The translations under genes were made by a program, and so were the position numbers. DNA of 64,000 nucleotides from Paragordius varius (Eukaryota; Animalia; Nematomorpha), in assembly GCA_964247055.1 (NCBI GenBank), contig OZ176055.1, positions 2,356,001 to 2,420,000 of the forward strand, given 5' to 3'. Shown here piece after piece: positions 39,233 to 52,400 of this stretch. The notes below the pieces were generated by a model that saw only the letters and a program-made list of their open reading frames with translations, was not told where the DNA came from and searched no databases. How positions within the stretch are numbered: position 1 is the first letter of the stretch; the number at the start of each line of letters is the position of its first letter.

Positions 39233-41203
39233 TCTACATATTTATAAAAATGTAAATGGCTTTTTGATCTGTTTCCGGAAAACTGGTTGACCCATTCAAA
39301 TCCAAATGTCAAAAAATATAATCATTAGTGAGTGCCCCGATATAGCTTCGCCCTTTTTTAAATTAGGCCCCCAGTTCGGGCGCACCCCATGTAAAAACGG
39401 TTTTTTTAAGAAACCGAAGTCTCCACAAAAATTGTGGCTTTGAGACAATTTTCCGGAAAACGTGTTAGACCATTCAATTTCAAATATGATTTTTGTTTAC
39501 TTATTTTCGATTGCGCTGAACATAGTCGTCTCATTTTTCAATTTAGGCCCCCTTTTTACCCGCTCCCTCCGTAAAATGCCATTTTTTCAAAAAAAAGTCC
39601 ACAAAAATAATTTTTTAAATCTATTTTCACCCAAGGTATGAGACCGTAAAAATTCAATAAGGATTCCACGTATTCCCGGTTGAAAGGAAAAATTTTAGTC
39701 AAGCGTTTCTTTGATGATAGCTGCTGGGGAAAGAGCTACCCGCTAAAAACTGACCCGTCATATCGAAATAGCGTGCTTTTGGGGCTAAATTTTAGAAAAT
39801 CTATCAGGTCTTATGAGTTCAATAACTGCTTAAAATATTAGCCGTAACAAATATTTAAATAATGCGGTTTTTTAAAATTAGCCGTTAATTAGGCCCTTCA
39901 CGCCCCGAAAAATGCGCCACCATAGAATAATTTTTTAATTTTGAGGCAATTTTTCCAAAAACTAATGAGAGCATATTGAATCAACCATGATTCCAGGTAT
40001 TCCGTAAAAAGGAAAAATTTTAATCAAGCGCTTTTTTGTATAATCCTCTGGGTAGGGAGCTACCCGCCTACAACTGCGCCACCATATCAAAATTGCGTTG
40101 TTTAATCAGGCCATTTAAGTTTTATAAGGGCTCATAATATTACCCGTAAAAAGGTAAAAATTAAACTCGAGCGGATTTTTTAAATTAGCGGTTAAATAGG
40201 CTCTGGGTAGGGGGCCACCGCGTAAATATGCCTCACTATATCGATAGCGTTTGGAGCCAAATTTCAGAAAGCCTATGAGAATATGGGAGTTCAATAAGGG
40301 CCTAAAATATTTATTACCCCTTAAAAAACAAATATTTTAGTATAGGGGGTTATTTCAATGAGTCGCTAAGAAAAGTTTTAGGCTCTCAAAAATCGCCGCC
40401 ATAGAACAATTTTTTGGTTTTGAAGCAATATTTCTCAGAACTTATAGGAACATATGGACATTATAATTTCAGATATTCCCCCATATAAAGACAATTTGTC
40501 CGACGTTTTTTATACCTGCCTCTGGGTTAGAAGCTACCCGCCAAAACCTGTGCCACTATATAGAAATTGCGTTATTTTGCAACTAAAATAAAACTTATGC
40601 CATATGAGCTCATTTAAAGTTCGAAATATTACCCGTAACTAGGTAAAAATTAAGGTTAGGCCTTTTTTATTGGCCGTTAATTTGGGGCCTTTATGCCCTA
40701 AAAATACGCCATCATATATCGATCATTTAGTGTTGAGGTATTTTTTCGAAAAACCCATGAGATTATGGTCTCAAAGATGATTCCAAATATTTTGTCTATA
40801 AAGGCCAAAAATTTAACTTAGCGCTTTTTCCATATAGGCCTATGGGTAGGGGTCTACCGGTTTAAAACTGAGACGCCATACAAAAATGGCGTGGCTTTGG
40901 AGCTCAATTTCAAAAAACTTAAGAAGCCATACGAGTTCAATAAAGGCTTTAAATATTACCCATAAAAAAATAAAAATTATAATATAGCGATTTTTTCTGT
41001 TATCCGTCAATTTTGGGCCTTTACACCAGTAAACAATATTTTTGTATGAATGCACGGTTTTGAAAATCCTATGAGATCATAGCTAAACTAATGTTTCGAA
41101 ATAATCCACATATATGGATCATTTTATTGATCCCTTTTTTCAAATAGCCCCCCTAGAAGTCCAAAGGACTTCCTTGGGCGTAGCAGCACGAGATTTACGC
41201 TAG
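39233..41203 (+). mobile_element. Non-autonomous Helitron, copy 3 (1971 bp)
   Basis: A|TCTACATATTTATAAAAATG ... GCAGCACGAGATTTACGCTAG|T. Confidence 0.9.
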
Positions 41204-42356
41204 TTTTTTATAAAAACACAATTATTGAATGATAACACTAGTCGACAAATTTGGACATTTTTGAGCACCACCACTCAATCTTTTAAATTATGACTAATTT
41301 CAGTGTTTTAAAACTGAATGTGAAAAATTTTTTGATTCCGCCAATCAGAATTTTGAAATATTATAGGGTTTTCAATTTTTCAAAAACAAGAAAAAATCGA
41401 GAGAAAATTAAATATAACTTTATAATAAAATGTTATTATATTATAAACTTAATATCATTTAATAAAGCGTTTTAATATCTTTTGAATATAAATATGTCAT
41501 TTAAATATCAGAGAGAATAAAATAGTACGGACTTAAACGTCAAAATTTAGTCTTTTTCTTTCAAGTGAATTTTTAATACGTATAAAAATTTTTTAAAAAA
41601 TACTAAAAAGGCATTCTATGGTTTAAACCTTCGGCTTTTAGATAGGCTATATTTTTTTGTTAGTTTTCGTCCTTTCGAGTACTTATTAAGCTTTTATTCT
41701 TGAGTTGGTTCTTACAAAAAATACTTTATTTATACCTAGTGGATATACTTTATTTTTTAAAATTATTGGTTGTTTTGTATTTTTAATTTCAGATGGATGT
41801 TGTGTAGCCACTTTTAGTAGAATTTACTATTATGGGATTGGACCATTTGTATTTACCTAATCTTTTTATTCAATTTAATTGTAGAATTTATCTAACTTTA
41901 TTCTGTGAATTGGTTAATTTGACATGTCAATTTGCCTGGATTTTGCTTGCAAGTCTCTCTTATCGGGCTTTTCGATTACTTATTGTTATTGCCATATCTG
42001 GCATAATTGGATCGCTTGGGGGATATAGCTTGTGCAGCCGCCCGAATCTATCACACTATACATAAGCCCCTTTTAGATTTTTAATACTTTGGCTCTTAGC
42101 TTGTTTAGTATCTTATTTAATGCCTAGAATTTTGTTATTCATGCATGGAATATTACTTGTATCGACTTGTTCGTTTGAATATTTAAACATATGTACACGA
42201 GGAATGATTGTTATTTTTAAATAAAATACAAATTTAAAAATTAAATTTCGGAAAAATCCTATTGGTGGCCTCAATTTTCTTTTTTGTTTTGGCCTTTCCA
42301 TGCCATTAGGTATCAGAAAATGCAAAAATAATGGGGTGGTGCAAAACTTTGTTGAG

Positions 42357-43139
42357 CAGTGTAATTTTCCCAACTATATTCCAGTGCACAATCATTAATG
42401 ACTCATTCTCTAAAAGTTATATTTTTTGGAATTTGACATATTTTTAAGATAATATTTTTTATTTTATTGATGGTTCGCATTAATGCGGTTAACTTACAAA
42501 ATCTACAGTTACGGATGAAATAATAAAATTTATAAAATATACCATTTTTTTTCAAATTGGTCATTTAACACTTAATATTGTATCTTTAACATCTGCAACT
42601 TTACCCTAATTTATTAAGTTCAGAGAGGGACAACACGCAACCCTAAGAGATTCTGCGGCCCGCTCAATATTTGGAAATCCAAAAATATGCCCATAAAATG
42701 TTAGTAATATTAATAATTCTTACGCAATTATTGGGAATAAGTCTATTTGGCAGCGAACTTGAAAAAATTCTTATTAATTTAAAGTTAAAAATGCGGCCCG
42801 CGAAGTCATTTGTGTTGGATACCCCTGTTTTAGTCAAATATCCTTTTAAATATTTTTATGTAAAAAAATATTTTTTGTTTTATTTTTTCCGACAGTATTT
42901 TCGTCGACAAACTTGACGTGTTTAGAAACCAATTTGAGATAAAAATGGTATATTTTTATAAATTTTATTATTTCATCCGTAACTATGGATTTTATAAATA
43001 GGCCCGAATATTAATGCGAACCATCGATAAAATAAAAAAATATTAATTATTTTCTTAAAAATACTCAAATTCCATAAAATATAACTTTTAAAGAATAAGC
43101 ATAAATGATTGTGCATTGAAATATAATTGGAAAAACTGT
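42357..43139. mobile_element. Fold-back element with arms of about 200 bp, containing a hAT MITE at 42621-42827
   Basis: TGCACAATCATT / AATGATTGTGCA and GATGGTTCGCATTAAT / ATTAATGCGAACCATC pair. The inner element ends GTTGGATACCCCTG. Confidence 0.75.
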
Positions 43140-44061
43140 TATTTTTATTAAAAATAATATCCTAATATTAAGCTGATAATGGTTAAGTTATTTTTATATC
43201 TTGTTATGATATTTATCATCAAACATAAAACCGTTTATATTGACTAATAAAACGTTTTTATTGCCTGGTAAAATGTTTCGATTGACTGAGAAAACGTTTC
43301 GATTGACTGGGAAAATGTTTCGATTGACTGGGAAATGGTATATATGATCGATGGCCCTGAAGATTACTGGCTAATAAAATTATTAACCATTTTAAATTAA
43401 TATTAACAACATAAACTTAATTTTTCAAAAGGGAATATAGTACATGCCTAAGGCCATCATATTAAAGTCGGCTCTTAAAATATTGACAAATGCGATATCA
43501 ATTTAATTAATCGTATAATTTTACCTTTGGGGCAGTTTCCTACCCCATAAAACATAAATTTCATATATATCTATGAAAATGGATCAATTTTAAATATATG
43601 CATTGTGTTGCCATTTGAACGCATTAACAAATTATAAAAAGCTTTAAACTAAACCTGCTAAATCTCAAAAATATTTTTTATCTTTTGTTGAATCGTTCTG
43701 ACAAAAAATATTTTATTGTTAAATTATAAAATTTAACTCTAAATTGGTTTATTTGGACAACGAATTCAGTTTGAAATTTTTAAGGGTGTTAGCCTTTAAT
43801 TATTGTTAAATGGTTTTTTATGAACAAAAGCTATGAAAAACATATTTTAAAATTCAAGCTTAAACACAAAAACATACCAAAAAAGAGAAACGAAAAAAAT
43901 GAAAGATAGGATCGATGATTATTATAAAATATACTAAATCAAAGCGGCCTGGTTATAGCAGCATAATAGAATTGTCAAACTTATCTTTCGCTAAAAAATG
44001 TTTATATTAATTTTCTAATGGCAATTAATAAGTATTATTTATTTCTCAAACATATAGTAAG

Positions 44062-45047
44062 TTAAATCATTTTAGACAATAGATTATTGATTAAATCTTC
44101 ACGATTTCCGAAATCGCCACCCTCACAATAATGATTATTCTTTCGTCTCCATCCTCCAGTAGGGTTGTTTAATTTAAATGGCCATAAAAAGTTTGAGACA
44201 ACTTTGAAATTAGGACCCACTGTATATATTTCATGAACTAAATCTTCCATGCAGATAATATCTTTTTTCCCTAAAGGAAATATATATAAAATTAAACTAA
44301 CAATTTATCCTTATTATTCGATTCCTGTTTACGAACTTTAGTGTAACAAATAAAATGCCGTCGTTAAATAATTTAAAAAATAGCGATTGCATATTTATAG
44401 TGGGTAAAATACAAATATAAATTAAATACCTAAATGTTTTTCAATCAAACGATTAGATGTTAATGGAATCCTTTGTTTCATTATTTTACCACAACCACGC
44501 TTGTAAATCAAATTCCTAATAGACTTAAGGTTTGGGTATCTAAATATTTTAATCATAAATACCCCCATGCAATCATAGGCTCTGCTATTTTCAACATATT
44601 CAAAGTTGCCTTATTGAGTTTAATAAAAACACCATTATTTATTTGACGAAGTCGCAATAATTGCAATACTTTTCGAACCTTTGGGCTAACTTTGTTGATA
44701 CTAGGATGTAAAAACTATTTAATACCCTCGGATTCGGATAACAAATGCAAGTTTTGGTTCACTAGGGACATAGTAATTACCCAGTTTTGAGGCATAAGCT
44801 TTGATCTTATCATTTTGTCGCTTTTTAGCTCTATATTCCGACACATATTTTTCGGCACGTTTAAATGCGCGAAGTTGAAGACCCAATTTTTTCTATAAAT
44901 AGCAATCAAGCTTTACTTTATTATCCAATATTCGTCGTTTGTCTTTGTTTTGTTGTACCTTTTCCAATCGTTTTCGCTTCTTCAAAACAATTTCTGGAAC
45001 AGTAGGGACAGTTTTAGTGCTAAATATATTTTGAATTTATACCTCAT
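44062..45047 (-). CDS. RPL7: 60S ribosomal protein L7 (uL30), 243 aa; exons 45047-45043, 45019-44917, 44892-44726, 44700-44563, 44539-44430, 44270-44062
   Basis: [42 protein letters not shown]...AWGYPNLKS...[13 protein letters not shown]...NFLWPFKL...[11 protein letters not shown]. Introns are 23, 24, 25, 23 and 159 nt. Confidence 0.97.
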
Positions 45048-46201
45048 GGTTTAGACGAAATCAGACGGATTTAACTTCCAAGGTAGACCAGGTATAGATT
45101 AGTTTATATTTATCAAGTTAATAATCTTATTAATATTTAAAATTTAATATTTATAAAAATAAAACTAGAATTAACTCTTCATGACCTTATAGGACAGTTC
45201 CCACACATAGAGTATATTTTAGGTTTTATCCGAATTTAAATAGATGCTAAGCGGCTTAATATTTAAAAAAAAATTAAATTAAGATTTTTATTCAACTTTT
45301 GCCATTTTTCATTGTGTGCAATAGGCGAATAAAGATATACTATGGTAAGAAAATGTAAAAATATAACTTTTGTAAGTTTCAGGCCGTATTTTAAAAGCTT
45401 TTATCGGTTTTAAGTAACACAAAATTTATTCTATTATTTGTGAAGAATATATTTGTTTTAACGTTTCCTGGTATGTAATTACACAAAGACACAAAAAAAT
45501 TAAATGAGTGTGAATCCGTACCGCGAGCCAAAACTAAAAAAAGACTAAAATTTTTTAGACAGAAATAAATAATAAAACTAGAGGAAAGTAATTTAACGAA
45601 TATTATACTTCCCACCTAATAAGAATATTAAACGTGAGAAAATGTTGATTTCTACGGCGAAAAAGTTATATTGAAAATTCATGACATATACAATGTTCAA
45701 AAAATTTTGATTTAGGTTGATGGTGCTTTTGGTTTTGTCCCTTGCGAGTGATTATAGAAAGTTATTACACTTTTATGGTAACTGCTTCGTATCAGAAATT
45801 TGCAAAATTAGCGTATATTAAATATTTTTAAATGCGTATATTAAATATTTTTTAACAAATAAAATACCTTATTCCAAAAAATATTACTAAAATATCGATA
45901 ATTATGAAGAATTTTTGTAAAATTTTTAATGTCGGCTTCGAATGTCCTATTGGTCCTTTAGAAATAGTCTGGTATTTTTTAAAAAACGCAAAAATGCGGG
46001 TATTTGTAAATTTTGAACAAAATAATATTTTCGAAAATAAGAATATATACCTTGAAATTTGATTTATAAAATTTTGTGGAAAAGTATTCATACTATTTTG
46101 CATTACGTCAGTAAAAAGCGCTTCAAGACATAATCAAAACAATATTAAGTAGAACATTTCTTTTTCTCTAAAATGTTCGTTAGTCTTCATATCTATGTTA
46201 A

Positions 46202-46678
46202 CACTTGGATACAACACATTCATTTTAATCATTCAATTCAAAATAAGATAGTTAGATACCCCAGGTCTGTTAAAATATTACTTCCAAAATAATGGAAGGA
46301 TTTGGAACCATGGCAAAAGTTTGCCCTTATATAAGATTAATAAACCGAAATATAAGATATTAATTATTTTAAGGTAAAACCCAAAGGTAAAAATTTACTC
46401 AACCTGACATGTGTGCATTAGCTAAATTCAAAAAGAATGCAAAACAAACCAGTTTTCTCTTTCTATCAATGTTGGATGTGATTAAAAAATTAGATTTCAC
46501 AAAAATGTTGTAAAATAAAAATGGCGTCGAAGTTGATATGATTTTTTTTTCAAAAATTTTATTTAGTTTCGGCTTAATATGATAGAAACATAAATCAATG
46601 AGACCGTTTCTTTCGGTATTTTTTTGAATATCAACTGAAATATAGTCTGGGGTATTTGGATTCTCCAATATTGAAGTG
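46202..46678 (+). mobile_element. Complete CACTTGGAT piggyBac-type MITE (477 bp)
   Basis: TTAA|CACTTGGATAC ... TTGAAGTG|TTAA. Confidence 0.88.
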
Positions 46679-48240
46679 TTAAATATAAATTGTTTTTTTT
46701 CAAAAACTCACCAAGATTCGAAAGCAAGGATAAAAATATTTAGAATCATTGAATTTTATAAAAAGTGATTTCACAATATCTTACTGCGTTTTGTTTTTAT
46801 TCTCACCTGTTGAAACACGGTAAAACTTCTTGCCCAAAATTTTGTTATAAATCAAATTTTCAAGCAAGATATTCATTTTTGGAACCTCTTTTTGATGTCA
46901 AAATTTACCATATATTTAAAATTATTGGGCAACGGCATTTTTAAGTTTTAATATACTAGTTTATTTTATATGGGCGAAAATTTTGAAAGCCCACATCTAA
47001 AAATTAAAATTATATAATATTATTGTTTTGCTTTTAATATGTATTTTATATTTATGTCATATTTTTGGAATGAACCTTTAACTTTTGCCAAAAAAATATT
47101 CCAAATAATGTGGTAAAAGTTGCCATTTTCTGATACGTTACAACATTTTTGCATAATATCGTGTTTATTTAATTTTAAAGAAATTAAAGCTATTTTTATT
47201 TAAATCACACATAACATTGATAGAAACAGAAAAAAATGTTTATTTTGATTTTTTAGCTGATGCACACATATCATTTTGACTAAATTTTAATCGTTGATTT
47301 TAGCTTAAAATAGGCAATATCAAGTATTATTATTGATAGAACAAACTTTTACCATGGTATCAATTCCTTTCATATTTTTTGATGTATTTAATTTTTAGAC
47401 CTGGTGTATTCAACGAACCTAATATCGAAGGAATGAAATTGTTGCATCAAAGTGTTGAATGTAAATTGTAAAAAAAAGTTCATTTCAAACTTTTTTGCCG
47501 CCATTAAGGCAAATAAATGTGTATTATGGCTAGATTATGTAAAGTATTAACCTTAGTAAGCTTTCTGGTTGCAATCCAGAAAAAATTTGGTATTTATTGA
47601 TTTTAAAATCAGCTGTTTAGTTGGAGAGCTGTCCTAGACGCTAGAACAGGGATGTCCAAAACCAATGGCATCGCGGGCCGCATATTCGACACAAAATATG
47701 TGGCGGAGCGCATAAATAAATATTTGATTCATTAAATAATTTATTAAAAACTGTAAAATGAGAATATATAACAATTTGTACTATTTTAATTAGTTAAACC
47801 TAATCAAAAAAATTATCAAAAATATCAATCAAAGGTTTTTAAAATTTATTTGCATATTATGGATTTCCAAAACTACGCGGCCTGCGGGCCATATAGAAGT
47901 TACAAAAAGATAAAAAATTTAAGCTTTTATATTTAAACAGGAGAACAATGTTTGAATAATTTTTAACTTTTAACTTAAATAACTTTAAAACAGTAGTATG
48001 TTTAAAAGATGGAGCTCTGGGATATAAAATTCAATAATGTCATCGCAAAGGTCATGTGAATAAATAAAAATTAAAACCAAAAGTGGATAAATTTAAACAA
48101 ATTAAGCGTCATCTATATAGCAATAGGTATGGGTAATATTTTTGCGTAATTTAATATTTTTATTGCACATACTGCTTGCTATGCTGCATTGTAATCTGTT
48201 CATATATTAAGCTCTATATATCTTATTTTTTGGTCATTAA

Positions 48241-48893
48241 TAGGGTTGTGCTGACCAAGTCGTGACCAGGTCAGTGATTATTTAAGCTGTTTTTCAAAAA
48301 ATGTTGCTAAATTTTTTTTGGAAGAGAATAGCAAGATTTTATTGTATTTTAATGTTTTTTTTAAAAAATATAAATAAATATTTATATATGCTTATTTAAC
48401 AATGCATCGTTTTAACATTAGCATTTAAGCATATCCAGTTATTTCGAAAAACAAAACAATCTACTTTGCAAAATATGCAATTATTCCATTTAAGTGAACT
48501 AATAAAATGAAAAAGCATTTTGTAATTGGATATTACAATGATGAAAGAAAGTGTAAAACAAACTATGTAAGATTTTATTTGAAATATCCAGTATTAAAAG
48601 CAATGTATTTTAAGATTTAGAAGGCCACAAACATAAGGCAAAATTTATTTGAAAACAAAATTTTAGATTAAATTTGATTTAAAATATTTGTAAATAATTA
48701 ATACTAAAAAAATTTATAATATAAACTCAAAAAAACGTGACATTATTAGTGAAACGAAGTTTCAGCATTATTTTCACAATCCAATATCGCATAATATTTA
48801 TTTAAGTAAAAAGTGGTCATGACCACGGTTATGACCATGGTCTGACTGGGTCTGACCGGACTTTTTTGTAAAGCAGTCAAATGCACAACCCTA
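48241..48893. mobile_element. hAT MITE (653 bp)
   Basis: TIR TAGGGTTGTGC / GCACAACCCTA, perfect 8 bp TSD GTCATTAA, and subterminal TGACC / GGTCA repeats. Confidence 0.92.
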
Positions 48894-49364
48894 GTCATTA
48901 ATATTTAAAAATATAAAAGCGATTTAATTATAATTAATTATTTGTAATTCTATTAAAAAAAATTATCTCATCCATAAATGGTTTCTTTTGTAGGTTCATT
49001 TTCAAAAGGTGTGTTGTTTAAGCCCTTTCCATCATTCATGCTTGCATGAAAAAATCTAAAATACACCAAAATATATATATTTTCTGAAAAATATTTACCC
49101 TACTGAAAACGTCATGTAAACTTATACGCATTTATTTAATTTTTTATTAGCTAGTCAAATTTTGTTGTGAAAAAATAATTTTTTAAATCAGGATGTTTTT
49201 TGTGCGCTTTTGCTGGAAAAATGTCTGATATATATAATTTATTCTTACCTGAAAATTACTTGTAATACTAAGAAATTTGCGACATGGCTTAAAAATTATT
49301 TATTCATGACAACAAAATCTACAGAATAGAGATTAAGTTTGATTACGTAAATGTGTTAAATATA

Positions 49365-49411
<47 letters not shown>

Positions 49412-49465
49412 CTCGAGAGAAATTTTTTAGTTTAGCTATTTTCTTTAGAATTTTCTCCCGATAAA

Positions 49466-52400
49466 ATGCTACGACTTATATTTCTTTGCTCAATAGCATT
49501 GTATTCTTTATCCATCCCAAATGTATTCGCCAAAACTCCGGTTAATGATAAGCGTCAGTTATTGGGTATTTGAAAATTTTTTGATGCAAATATATAACCT
49601 TTATTGGATAGTTTTAAACTGCAAAGATGCTATCGAAAAACATTGTAAAGAAGTTTCCCGACAAAAACAAGGAGAACTACCTCTGGATTACAGAATGTAC
49701 ATTGATAAACTTGGTAATAGACATATTTTGGATCAGCCATTTGATTAACTTTTTAATTTTAGCCAACATTAAACCAAAACAAAATTTTTTTAAATTATTA
49801 TCTGTACTAAATATATCTCTCAATATTAATATTATTATCATAAAATTAAATTCGATAGATTTTTAACCTATATTTTTATGTATATCTCACAACAGAAAAA
49901 CAACGAGCATCCCAAAATCATTATCTAGATAACATTAAAGCCATCTATGATTCCTGTAAAGCTTATCATGAAAGTCCAGAAAGTAAAAACGATACTTTGG
50001 CCCTACAAGCTATCAAAGAGTTTACCACGGTGTATGGATCACTTAGTAACGAGACTTATGAGAAGGCACAAAATTTAAGAATTGAAAATGTTACTACAAT
50101 CATTAATATATTGAGTGATAATTATTTGATAGCCCCCATAGTTTTTGATTACTATGAACAAAACAATGCGACGACTCCGCATTCAAATGCTTCACAATTA
50201 ATTATTCGAAATGCGGGGATGTATTATCTTGAGCTAATAACAGATAAAGATATGATTAAACAAGAACTAAAAATGCTAAAAATTTTGTTTTTTGCATTGG
50301 GCGGAATCGAAGGAAATTGGCCGGCAATGGAAGATATGTACGTTAAAATGGTTAATATTATTGGCGAAAAGGTATCAAATAAAAATTATTTTTTAAATAC
50401 AATTATTAATCCTTGAATATATTAATGTTTTTTTAAGTATAACATCCCTGACAAAAAACCCGAAGAGCGCATAAATTGTACTGATATTAAAGAAGGTGAT
50501 TGGGAAAAAGTACCGATTTTTTCATTAATAAAATAGGAAACCAATAAAGGAACTGATGCAAAGTTGATTTATAAGGTAATAATAACACACCGCATACTTA
50601 TTTTTTCGTATATACAGTGTTAAATTATAAAATTTATAGAAACCCGCGAGTATGTTATCATTAAATCAATTGCAAACTTTCGAACTTTGAAAATATTTTA
50701 ACTCAGCTGATCATCATATGTCATTAATTTTAAATATTTTTATGTAATGTTATATTAGGTACTGAATTATTAAAAATTTCAGTTTTATAATTTTTATGAG
50801 GCTTTGCTAAATTTTAGGCGTAAAAAACATTTAAAAACCGTTTAATTAATATCGTAGAGGATAAATATCAACTTTGAATATATGGATCAACATTATAAAT
50901 ATCCCAAGCGTGTTACAATATGAGTTGAAACCAAACCATTTTAAAAAAACGCATTTATTTTTCCATGCGTTGAATTAACCTTTTTATATTGCGGTTCAGA
51001 AAATAGCTTACACTGTAATGAGGAAGCGTTGGCAAAAACATGGGATGTTGTGTAACGACGTGATAAATCTAATCGACTACAATCCCAACTTTACAGAAAA
51101 ATATGGCTCTTTTATTGGATCCTACTTCCTACATAATACTACGTATTATTGTTTAATTACCCAATTTTCCAAATAACTCTAGTAAATATACTCAATCTTT
51201 ATCACTGCTTTCGATTGTCCATTAATGTCAATCAACAGCTTATTTTTCCTCTACAAGATATAAAAGTCGGTTATTTGCAGGAAGTGTCAACAAATTTTTA
51301 AATCATTCATGGATAAATCCATATATAACAAAACAATCATAAATATTTAAGAAGCATATAAAATTAAATTAAAACAAGATACATATTTTACCGGATTTGT
51401 TAACAATTTAGCTTATTTATTCATATTTTGTGTTATTAACAAAATTCTAATAAAATTTTGAAAAGGTAACAGTTAGATTTTTAGGCCCAACTATAATTTT
51501 TAATACATTTTTAAATGTTAAATCTGGTCACTAAACAGAATGTTAAAAGATTTTATTATCCTTTACACTGCGAACCATTTGGCAGCCTATGTTGCTCCAG
51601 CTTTCAGAGATCACCAAGCCTCTCTCAATGAAAACCAAAAATATTATAATTCCACAAACATAAGGGCCAGATGCGTTAATTCGATACTTTTTGAACAATT
51701 AGATCTGGCCAGATACCTATTAGTTAATTCACTTTATACAAATTTGGCCAAAGTTAGGAGATAACCATTATCTAATATAACGTTTAGATGTGATAAATTT
51801 ATTCTGCATATTTATTTAGTTAACAAGTCTAACACAAAAATTTGTTGAAATGAATCATTTAGAAAGAGTATATGCAAAATCAGGATCGCAAGTATACATA
51901 TATTTCTAATGTGTCAAACTATTGTAGTATCTGAATGAAATTTTGTCAACCATGTTTGAACCACCACATCATGCCATAGAATTGGTGAGTTTATTACACA
52001 TTAAGTTATTTTTAGATCAAATTTTTTTTGCAATATTACCTAAAATTTTGGTAAAATTTTGGTTCTTAATAAAATTATTGTTTAAATAAGTCTACTGCTT
52101 ATTAATTGCTTGTCATATTAATTTATTTGGGTTATTTGAAACCTACCTGAATATTAATACAAATTTCATTTTTGAATGACCACATTTTGTAAAATAGATA
52201 AAAATTGTTTAATTTAACATTTTGTTGTTTTTACCCATATACTACTGTATCACAAATCGCCAGCATAAATGTTCATACTGTGTTTGATGGATATGTAAAA
52301 CGATATTTATGCCCACCTTCTTTTGTTTATTCAGATAAAGCCTCAACCAAATGCACAAGATTTTTTATCCAACATTAACGATTTAGCGAACGTCCCAACT

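Larger units (their letters stand above)
38957..43340. mobile_element. Probable 4.4 kb composite TACCATTT-family element (subfamily C, 22 bp arrays) carrying nested insertions
   Basis: TA|TACCATTTCCCA at 38957 and TGGGAAATGGTA|TA at 43340. Arms 38957-39232 and about 43165-43340 are inverted repeats with AAACATTTTCCCAGTCAATCGA-like arrays. Confidence 0.65.

Noticed and set aside
14330-42373. Stop-codon reassignment as the explanation for frame-preserving stops in the relic ORFs
   Set aside because: Intact genes here end in TAA (RPS25, RPL7), TAG (SRSF) and TGA (coronin) and have no internal stops. Mutational decay is simpler.
51258-51345. Extra exon of the M13-like gene
   Set aside because: It has no counterpart in the paralog, and exon 51000-51142 already joins 51539 in phase.
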